64,000 nucleotides of DNA from Candidatus Daviesbacteria bacterium GW2011_GWA1_41_61 (GTDB lineage Bacteria > Patescibacteriota > Microgenomatia > Daviesbacterales > UBA10151): positions 8,002 through 72,001 of the forward strand of contig LCBT01000004.1 in assembly GCA_000997385.1 (NCBI GenBank). Direction: 5' to 3'. This document shows positions 57,045-64,000 of the stretch, piece by piece. Position 1 is the first letter of the stretch; each line of letters starts with the position of its first letter. Under the pieces are notes generated by a model, which ran no database searches, had not been told where the DNA came from, and was given only the letters and a program-made list of their open reading frames with translations. The position numbers were made by a program, and so were the translations under genes.

Positions 57045-57476
57045 ATGTCTACTAATAAAGTTTCAGCTAAAGATATTCAAAGACAATGGCATTTGATTGA
57101 TGCTAAAAATAAAATTTTAGGCAGGTTAGCCACAGAGGTGGCAACGCTTTTAATGGGTAAAGGTAGGCCTAACTATGTGCCCTATTTGGACATGGGTGAC
57201 AATATAGTAGTGATAAATGCTGGTAAAATAAAGGTTACAGGAAGAAAAGAACAACAGAAAAAATACGTCAGACACTCCGGCTACCCTGGAGGGCTTAAAG
57301 AGGAAACCCTAGAAGGTTTGCGGACAAGAAAACCAGAAGAGGTTGTTATTCATGCTATTTCTGGTATGATACCTAAAAGCAAATTAGGCCGGCAGATAAT
57401 TAAAAAGCTACATGTTTACTCTGGATCAGAGCATCCTTTTAAAAAGGAACTAAAGGAGGAAAAAGGAGATGAATGA
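57045..57476 (+). CDS. rplM: 50S ribosomal protein L13
   Basis: W.LIDA...LGRLA, HSGYPGG, GMIPK. Confidence 0.97.
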   Translation: MSTNKVSAKDIQRQWHLIDAKNKILGRLATEVATLLMGKGRPNYVPYLDMGDNIVVINAGKIKVTGRKEQQKKYVRHSGYPGGLKEETLEGLRTRKPEEVVIHAISGMIPKSKLGRQIIKKLHVYSGSEHPFKKELKEEKGDE

Positions 57477-57867
57477 CTCTAAGGGGGCTCAAGGCATTGG
57501 TAGAAGGAAAGAGGCAGTAGCCCGGGTAAGAGTTTTGGAGGGTAACAGTCCAATTATAGTTAATGGGAGACCTATCTCAGAAGTTTTTCGAGGCATAGTC
57601 TATCAAAAGGCTTATCAAAGACCATTTGAGATAACCAAAACTTTGGGTAAATATACTGCCACTGTCAAAATCAAAGGTGGAGGGGTCGTTTCACAGCTTG
57701 GGGCTTTGGCCCATGGGGTGGCCAGATCTTTGGCGAAGATTTCCCCACAATACCGTTTGCTTTTAAAACAAGCTGGGTTATTAACCCGGGATCCCAGAGT
57801 TAAAGAGAGAAGAAAATACGGTCTAGCCCACAAAGCCAGAGCCAAAAAGCAATCTCCAAAGAGATAA
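57469..57867 (+). CDS. rpsI: 30S ribosomal protein S9
   Basis: GRRKEAVARV, GGG...Q, LTRDPRVKERRKYG. Confidence 0.97.
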   Translation: MNDSKGAQGIGRRKEAVARVRVLEGNSPIIVNGRPISEVFRGIVYQKAYQRPFEITKTLGKYTATVKIKGGGVVSQLGALAHGVARSLAKISPQYRLLLKQAGLLTRDPRVKERRKYGLAHKARAKKQSPKR

Positions 57868-57917
57868 TATCCTAGAGTAGTTGACAAGGGGGTATTATTC
57901 TGTTATACTTTACCTTC

Positions 57918-58331
57918 ATGAAAATAAAATTAATTTTGAGCTTATTTTTACTTCTCTTGGGAGGAATTGTTTTATCCCAACAGATTAAAACTGTGGTAGC
58001 TCAGCAAACAGAAAATACCAACACCTCTGCTATTACCAGTCCTATAAGTTATTTTGCTGTAAGTGGTCAAGTTACCTATAAAGCCTTTGGTAAAATTATT
58101 CCTGCTGGGAATGTCTGGGTTAGAATTAATAGAATCGAATCAGGCAGCTGGTATTATGTTAGCACTAACTCTCAAGGCTATTATTCTGCCTTGGTCAGAA
58201 GTGGAAACTATGTTATTAGTGCTATTGATTCTTTAGGCACCCAATTTAAGCCTTCTTCCCGTTTTGTTACCGTCTCTGATAGTAATATAGACAACATTTC
58301 ATTTCAGGGCAGACTCCAGACTAAAAAATAA
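57918..58331 (+). CDS. exported protein with carboxypeptidase-regulatory-like beta-sandwich
   Basis: Signal peptide; VSGQV...TNSQGYY...GNYVI...F.P; promoter TTGACA-17-TATACT. Confidence 0.7.
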   Translation: MKIKLILSLFLLLLGGIVLSQQIKTVVAQQTENTNTSAITSPISYFAVSGQVTYKAFGKIIPAGNVWVRINRIESGSWYYVSTNSQGYYSALVRSGNYVISAIDSLGTQFKPSSRFVTVSDSNIDNISFQGRLQTKK

Positions 58332-58351
58332 TCTGTTAAGATTAAAGCAGG

Positions 58352-59476
58352 GTGATTAAATATTTAACCTTTTTCCTTTTGTTTGGACTTCCCTTTATAG
58401 TTTTACCTTTTGGAGCTTCACCTTTTGAGATTCCTAAAGTTTTCCTAGCCGAGATAACTATTATTCTACTGACTCTTATCTGGATTTTTCAAAAAAACCA
58501 TACCTGGAAAAGTTTTTCCCTAAAAGAATGGTGGCCTTTTGCAGTATTAATTCTTTTAGGTTTAACCCACCTGATCTTTTTAAACACCCCTACAACCTTT
58601 TTTGGTAATACTTTTAGACTGCAAGGAGTTTTTTTGTTGTGGAATTTACTTATCTTTGCTTACCTTGCTTTACCAGTTAAGACAAATAAAATTCCCTTTT
58701 ACCTGCCGCTACTTGCTTTGGTTGGGTTAGTTGGGAGTTCTTTTTTGGTTTCTGGCAATGAAGTTAGTAGAGGAGTGGGAACTTTAGGAGAGCCTAATTC
58801 TTTAGCTGCTGCAGGAATTTTTCTTTGGTCCTTTCTATTTTTTAGTCAGAGTAAATTGATCTGGAGATTGATTGGGCCTATTTTGGCTCTGGCGCTAGTA
58901 TTTGCCTCCGGATCACGTTCAGGACTGGTGGCTTTGGGCCTGCAAATTTTTTTTCTGTTCCTGATAAAATTCATCAAGTTATCTCACCTTAAATCGCTGA
59001 TAACAACTCTTTGTCTTTTAATCTTGAGCTGGTCTCTGTCATTGATAGAAGGAGGGGGGTGGTTTGAAAATAGAGCTGAGATTTGGCAGACAGCTGCCCT
59101 TTCTGGACTAGAAAGTCCTCTTTTGGGTCATGGATTGGGTAACATTGAGCAGTCTTTAAAAGAGACTTCCCAACTGCTAAATAACAATATCCGGTATCAG
59201 TATGTGGACAGCGCCCACAACTTTCTATTAGATTATTGGGTCCAAGGTGGAATTGTTGGTATAGCAGTAATCATTTGGTTGCTAGGTCAAACCTTTAAGA
59301 AATTCAGTTCTCAGAGGAAAAATTTAGAAGCTGCTTCATTAATAGGTCTTTTAACGATGATGTCATTTAACCCAATGAGTGTGGTAATTTTAATCTACTT
59401 TTGGTGGCTGATAGGACAAGGATTGGTAAAAAAGGAGGAAGTCTATCTCTATGATGCTAGTGACCCCAGATCTTGA
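58352..59476 (+). CDS. O-antigen ligase/Wzy_C family membrane protein
   Basis: GTLGEPN, SGSRSG, R..IW, PLLGHGLG, AHNFLLD...GG.VG. Confidence 0.88.
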   Translation: MIKYLTFFLLFGLPFIVLPFGASPFEIPKVFLAEITIILLTLIWIFQKNHTWKSFSLKEWWPFAVLILLGLTHLIFLNTPTTFFGNTFRLQGVFLLWNLLIFAYLALPVKTNKIPFYLPLLALVGLVGSSFLVSGNEVSRGVGTLGEPNSLAAAGIFLWSFLFFSQSKLIWRLIGPILALALVFASGSRSGLVALGLQIFFLFLIKFIKLSHLKSLITTLCLLILSWSLSLIEGGGWFENRAEIWQTAALSGLESPLLGHGLGNIEQSLKETSQLLNNNIRYQYVDSAHNFLLDYWVQGGIVGIAVIIWLLGQTFKKFSSQRKNLEAASLIGLLTMMSFNPMSVVILIYFWWLIGQGLVKKEEVYLYDASDPRS

Positions 59477-59521
59477 CATTTTGTTTGGTTGATATATCCT
59501 AGATTATAGGGGGTGAGGAAG

Positions 59522-59563
59522 ATGGCTCGAAAAGCTAAGAAATCTAAAAAGAGTAAGAAATAG
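59522..59563 (+). CDS. candidate 13-aa basic micropeptide
   Basis: TTGACA..TATCCT promoter, SD GGGGGTGA, then MARKAKKSKKSKK*. Confidence 0.45.
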   Translation: MARKAKKSKKSKK

Positions 59564-59582
59564 TGTAACCTAATGGTTATAA

Positions 59583-60920
59583 CTAAGTTAATTTGGGATC
59601 GTTAATAATCCCCATAAATAAAATGGTTTCTAAGCGGTTATCCCTGACGGCAAAGAAAAAAGGTTTATTAATTTGTATAGAAAATGGTTTGGCTGCTTTA
59701 TCAGGGGTTTGCATACTACTAACACCGGAAGCATTTATCCCTTCTTCACTGACCTCAATATAAGTTTTCTGTTTGACTGTACTAAGATATATATCTTTAG
59801 CTAGGTTATCAAAATTAGCCTTGGCCCCAAAAGCTATCCCCATCCCTAAGTTAATCAGAGGATTCTTTAACTCTTTCTCATATTCCATTTTAAATTTAGG
59901 TAAAATAATTGTCCCTTCTGTTTCCCTAAATTCTTCCATCCACCCATTCCAACTTTGAGCACTTAAAGTGGCAGTAAACTGTTTTAACCCATATTTGGGT
60001 AAAAAAAGATACATACTAAACCTACCCTCTTGCCCATAAGGGAGATCTATGGCCTGAAAATCATCATTTTCTAAATATTTAAAGGTCCCTTTTTGCTCCA
60101 TCATCGGATGTTGCTTTTTTAATTTATTGGCTGCAGTGAAGTCTTGATCTTTGGTTAGTTTTTTATCAAACTCCTTTGTCCAGATTCCTTTAAAATAAAC
60201 AGCATTAATAAGATATAAAACAGTATTTTTAGGAAATGGAGAGCTGACAATTTGGGCAATTTTGTTTTTAGTGTTTTCTTTTACCCAATTATTAATAGTG
60301 GCAGCAGCATTTGGTTGAGTAAAATCTAAATTTTTGACTTGAGCCTGGTAGTATTTTTGGTTGGTATCTATAAAATCTTGATTAAACTTTATATCCTTCT
60401 TTCCCCAAATAGAGTTAGCAACAGAGATTTCTACTTTAGGGTCAGTACTTTTTAAAATATTTAACAGATCCTGGTTGTTTTTGTTCAAATCTTCTTTAAA
60501 AATATCTTGAATATTTAAAGTTTGGGTTAGGGCATCTTTGGTTTGGTCTAAAGCTCCTTGGTAAACCATGGAAAGGGCTAAAGAGATGCCCGAGGGGGAA
60601 ATAAAGATATTTTTTAAAGAGTCAACTTTGACAAGTTCTTGGAAAAGTTTAAAGCTAAAGTTATTTTGAGCCGAGACAAATTTTTGGTCTAACCCAGGAG
60701 GCAATAATGGGGGAGTAGGATCCTTCTTTATCTGGGTTACTCCGGGTTGGGATTTCGGAGTGATTGGCTTATGTTTAGGAATAGAGGAGAGTTTGTTGAC
60801 TAAAGAAGGATGGTTGGCTTTAAGATAAAAAGCCCCTCCTACTATGGAGGCAGAGGTAATAAATAGACCAACGATAAAAAGAATCAAGGCAAAACCCGTC
60901 TGGTATTTGGGCAGATCCAC
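59583..60920 (-). CDS. membrane-anchored serpin
   Basis: NIFISP.GISLALSM, INNWVKENT, LINAVYFKG.W, EEG hinge, NKPFFF, ILFMG. Confidence 0.93.
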   Translation of the reverse strand: MDLPKYQTGFALILFIVGLFITSASIVGGAFYLKANHPSLVNKLSSIPKHKPITPKSQPGVTQIKKDPTPPLLPPGLDQKFVSAQNNFSFKLFQELVKVDSLKNIFISPSGISLALSMVYQGALDQTKDALTQTLNIQDIFKEDLNKNNQDLLNILKSTDPKVEISVANSIWGKKDIKFNQDFIDTNQKYYQAQVKNLDFTQPNAAATINNWVKENTKNKIAQIVSSPFPKNTVLYLINAVYFKGIWTKEFDKKLTKDQDFTAANKLKKQHPMMEQKGTFKYLENDDFQAIDLPYGQEGRFSMYLFLPKYGLKQFTATLSAQSWNGWMEEFRETEGTIILPKFKMEYEKELKNPLINLGMGIAFGAKANFDNLAKDIYLSTVKQKTYIEVSEEGINASGVSSMQTPDKAAKPFSIQINKPFFFAVRDNRLETILFMGIINDPKLT

Positions 60921-61034
60921 AGATTTATTATAACAAAAAGAGCTAAATTAATACATTTTCCTTACCAAACATTTATCAAAGTTTACTATTTTCTGTATAT
61001 CTTGAAAGAATAATATGCGGGGAGTTTATCGAGT

Positions 61035-61505
61035 ATGAAATTGACAAGTACTGCTTTTTTAAATGGGGAGATTATTCCTATCGAGTATACCTGTGATGGT
61101 GATGATACTAACCCTCTTTTAACCATGATCGAAGTTCCTCCTGAGGCAGTTAGTCTAGCCTTGATTGTGGATGACCCTGATGCCCCCGAGGGGACTTTTA
61201 CTCATTGGCTGGTGTGGAATATTGATCCTATTATTGAGGAAATTGAGGAGGGAGAGATTCCAACTGGAGCGGAAGTGGGTTTAAACAGTGCCGGCATGCG
61301 CTCCTATACAGGTCCCTGTCCGCCTTCCGGACAACACCGTTATTTTTTTAAACTGTATGCTTTAGACAGTGAGTTGGACGTTTCCATAAGTGCACAAAGA
61401 GAAGAGATAGATAAGGCGATGGAGCCTCATATCATTGCCCGGGCAGAGCTCTTGGGAATCTATGGACGGGGAGAAGAAGGTGAGTTTAACTCGGAGGAGG
61501 TGTGA
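61035..61505 (+). CDS. YbhB/YbcL (PEBP) family protein
   Basis: DDPDAP..FTHWLVWNI, Y.GPCPPSG.HRY.FKLYALD. Confidence 0.93.
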   Translation: MKLTSTAFLNGEIIPIEYTCDGDDTNPLLTMIEVPPEAVSLALIVDDPDAPEGTFTHWLVWNIDPIIEEIEEGEIPTGAEVGLNSAGMRSYTGPCPPSGQHRYFFKLYALDSELDVSISAQREEIDKAMEPHIIARAELLGIYGRGEEGEFNSEEV

Positions 61506-61517
61506 TATCATATTGAT

Positions 61518-61715
61518 ATGAAAACAGGTAAATTATACCGTAGCAAAAATGACCGGTTGATGGCAGGTGTTTTTGGGGGGCTCGGCCACTATTTGAATGT
61601 TGATTCCACCATTTTACGTTTAGCTTGGGTATTAATAACTGTCTTTACCGGTTTTGTCCCAGGGGTAATTGCCTATATTTTGGCAGCAGTGGTCATCCCT
61701 CCTGAGGAGAAATAA
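61518..61715 (+). CDS. PspC domain protein
   Basis: KLYRS..DR..AGV.GGLG.Y..VD.T..R. Confidence 0.9.
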   Translation: MKTGKLYRSKNDRLMAGVFGGLGHYLNVDSTILRLAWVLITVFTGFVPGVIAYILAAVVIPPEEK

Positions 61716-61826
61716 TCATATTGCCGTGTCCAAAGAATCCGAAGACACTGTCCTTCTGATCGATGATGATGGGGATTGTTGTGAACTTGTAAAGACCCCG
61801 TCTTAACTCCCTGAATATGTTAATAT

Positions 61827-62471
61827 ATGGATATGGAAGCAGATTTAGGGAAACAGCCAGGAGCAACAACTTCTCCGCTTGAACAGATTGATCGGACCCC
61901 TATATATACTGCAGGAGGGAGAAGAAATAAGTTAGACATAGTAAGGAGATTATTTGAGCAGTTATGGGGGAAGGGAGAGGAAAGACCTCGGGTCCAGATG
62001 TCAAGAGAGGACTATTTAGACCAGCTAAGGGAATGGTCTTTGGCAAACTATGCTAATGTCCTGGCAATTATAAAAGATTTGGAAAATAGAGATGTACCCA
62101 TAGGTGGTAGCCTAGTAGCTATTGGTAGTAGCGTAGTAGAGAGTGTAGAAAAGTTAAAAGGTAGATATGTGAAGGACATTGATTTAAAGGTACTAGCAGA
62201 CAGAACTTCTTTGACTGATAAAGTTAATCAGGCAGTCATAGAAATTATTAAAGGTAATGGGAAATTTAGTGTTAAGCCCAATCGATCTAGAGTTACCAAC
62301 AGATTAAACGATTTAAGAGATTCACTGTCTCTTCAACCTCTTCAAAAACCTAAGGGAGAAGGAGCTGTCACCCCGGTACATGTAATTCTGTTTGACTCTG
62401 AATGGGATGAAGATGCTGGCTATTATCTAACTCATGAAAAGAGAAAATTTGTCCTACTTTGTAGATTCTAG
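61827..62471 (+). CDS. hypothetical protein with Pol-beta nucleotidyltransferase-like motif
   Basis: LVAIGSSV...KDIDLKV. Confidence 0.55.
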   Translation: MDMEADLGKQPGATTSPLEQIDRTPIYTAGGRRNKLDIVRRLFEQLWGKGEERPRVQMSREDYLDQLREWSLANYANVLAIIKDLENRDVPIGGSLVAIGSSVVESVEKLKGRYVKDIDLKVLADRTSLTDKVNQAVIEIIKGNGKFSVKPNRSRVTNRLNDLRDSLSLQPLQKPKGEGAVTPVHVILFDSEWDEDAGYYLTHEKRKFVLLCRF

Positions 62472-62498
62472 CAAAAAGAAAGTTTTTATCTGTACAAC

Positions 62499-63773
62499 TT
62501 AATCTCCGGCTGTCATATCCATCAGGGAGGCAGCAGACCAGGCCTGGTGACGGCATCCAGTTTGTCCATAAGGAGAAAGATATTCCACAAAACCAGTCTG
62601 ATCTTTGATATAAAGTTCAATAGGACAACCAAAATGAATGATGGGTAAAAGCGAGGCCTCTTTTAGTCTTTGAGCCTCATCAAAGTAACCGAAGTTTTCC
62701 AAACCCTCAACAATTAAACCATTGAGCATGGGCCAAAAACTGCCGTTGTGATATGAGTCCCGGTTAGGGTTAAACGTAGGTGAGGTAGAGCTCATGGTTC
62801 TTATCCCCGCATCTGTCACAAATAAGTCATCCTGAAAAGCTCTCTTTACAAAATCATCGATCAATTTTTGATCTAAGATTGATTCTGTTTGTTTGTCTTC
62901 TTGGAAGCTCGCCCAAAGGGTCAGTAGTGGATTGGCTGTAATAGTCGTAAGCTGCTTTTTCTTCCCGTCCAGAGCTTGAACACCGTAATATAATCCTTGA
63001 TTTTGGAAGATAAATTTGGCGTTGAAAATCTTTTTCATTTTATCTGCAAAGTCCAAAATTTTTTGGGCAAAAGTGGGAGAATGAAATGAATAAAATTGTC
63101 CCCAATACTTTAAAGCTAGCCAACTGAAAGCTTGTACTTCTATTGGAGCAATAGGATACCTAGGAAATTTTCCATTTGGTTTGATGATTGATTGATGAGA
63201 ATCTGTCCAAGAGTGAACGGTCAGTCCTCCATATTTTCGAGATTTAGGGAGACTATATTCGACTAAGAAGTCATTGTCAACATCTCCAAATTTGAGTATC
63301 CAGTTTAGCCCTGTTTCCACTGATGGAAGAACCGTCATCAGAAACTCATTATCCTCAGTTGTCTGCCAATATTTATAAAGGGCAATTAAAGTTAGAGGTG
63401 TTGAATCGATACTATCATAGTTTCGTAAGAGCCCGTCAGGATAGACAAACCAAGGTTTGTTTCCTTTAAGCAGGTGTTCATAACGGTTTTTACGAAACTC
63501 ATGGATAATCTTCCCTGGTTCCTCTCCGCTTTCAAGATTAAATTCTTTTCCTTGTAGAGAGACTAAATCCAGCAACGTTTTCTTAGAGATCTCCAGAAGC
63601 AAAGGAAGGGGTTTTTTGCGGTGAGCTTTTAAGACCTTGAGAACAGTAATGGCACTGTCTCGGCCAAAGGTACACCCAAAAGCTTCCTCTCGGCCCGAGG
63701 CGTTGATGCCCTCCTCCGTGACTAGATCGAGAAGACACTTGTATGCTAGCTGAAAAAGATGTTGTTTATCCAT
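62499..63773 (-). CDS. amylo-alpha-1,6-glucosidase-like (alpha/alpha)6 glycoside hydrolase
   Basis: FGRDS, EEPGKIIHE, DSTPL, W.DS, PIEVQ, SYHNGSFWP, QAWSAA. Confidence 0.88.
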   Translation of the reverse strand: MDKQHLFQLAYKCLLDLVTEEGINASGREEAFGCTFGRDSAITVLKVLKAHRKKPLPLLLEISKKTLLDLVSLQGKEFNLESGEEPGKIIHEFRKNRYEHLLKGNKPWFVYPDGLLRNYDSIDSTPLTLIALYKYWQTTEDNEFLMTVLPSVETGLNWILKFGDVDNDFLVEYSLPKSRKYGGLTVHSWTDSHQSIIKPNGKFPRYPIAPIEVQAFSWLALKYWGQFYSFHSPTFAQKILDFADKMKKIFNAKFIFQNQGLYYGVQALDGKKKQLTTITANPLLTLWASFQEDKQTESILDQKLIDDFVKRAFQDDLFVTDAGIRTMSSTSPTFNPNRDSYHNGSFWPMLNGLIVEGLENFGYFDEAQRLKEASLLPIIHFGCPIELYIKDQTGFVEYLSPYGQTGCRHQAWSAASLMDMTAGD

Positions 63774-63844
63774 CGGCAGTTTTAGATGAGGTGAAAGTTT
63801 ATCACAGTGGAAATGGATAACAAGGGGTATTTAAACTATAAGAT

Positions 63845-64000
63845 TTAGTGAGTCAGTGAAGAGGAAACAAAAACCGCTGGTGTCCTGTCCTTAACAGCTA
63901 ATTTTTTTTCTTGAAGGATTTTCCAGTAGATTTGTTCGTAGCTGTCAGCCATTTTTTGAGCACTGAAATTTTCCAAAGCATATTTTCTGCATTGAGCCCG
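63845..64000 (-). CDS. GT4 glycosyltransferase, C-terminal part (runs off the window)
   Basis: Manual translation RAQCRKYALENFSAQKMADSYEQIYWKIL...*. Confidence 0.7.
   Translation of the reverse strand, partial: RAQCRKYALENFSAQKMADSYEQIYWKILQEKKLAVKDRTPAVFVSSSLTH

Noticed and set aside
61726-61806. Short frame containing VLLIDDD, like the start of a receiver domain
   Set aside because: Only 26 codons; too little to call even a pseudogene.
973-62556. Numerous 60-220 aa ORFs antisense to or overlapping core genes (e.g. 2039-2377, 31550-32092, 37088-37756)
   Set aside because: Shadow frames of well-supported genes with no motifs of their own.
1-64000. CRISPR arrays, tRNA or rRNA genes, introns, integrases
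   Set aside because: None recognised by eye; intergenic gaps are short and show no repeat-spacer pattern or cloverleaf. tRNAscan and Infernal could not be run.

Overview
This is a core-genome segment of a reduced bacterium. Absence of uL30 between rpsE and rplO, a C-terminally truncated AlaRS, and the gene content suggest Patescibacteria/CPR, probably Microgenomates (inference). It carries pnp, a Lon-type ATPase, rnj, ftsK, a rodZ-like gene, alaS, a two-component cluster, ruvX-mltG, three surface proteins, rpoBC, and the str, S10, spc and alpha ribosomal operons through rplM-rpsI, followed by accessory genes. I saw no rRNA, tRNA, CRISPR array, integrase or transposase. Main oddities: (1) a lone SF2 helicase gene with three 82-aa repeats, bracketed by a 29/30-bp duplication of the fusA 3' end; (2) RpoC catalytic motif GADFDGD instead of NADFDGD, close to a stand-alone GreA coiled-coil gene inserted between rpsG and fusA with its own promoter, palindrome and leader terminator; (3) hairpin elements inserted in frame in alaS and rplB; (4) a multi-stem, attenuator-like RNA between rpsJ and rplC; (5) prepilin-like N-termini on cargo proteins, including a serpin; (6) widespread leaderless promoter geometry. 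All family calls come from motif recognition by eye, not from database searches.
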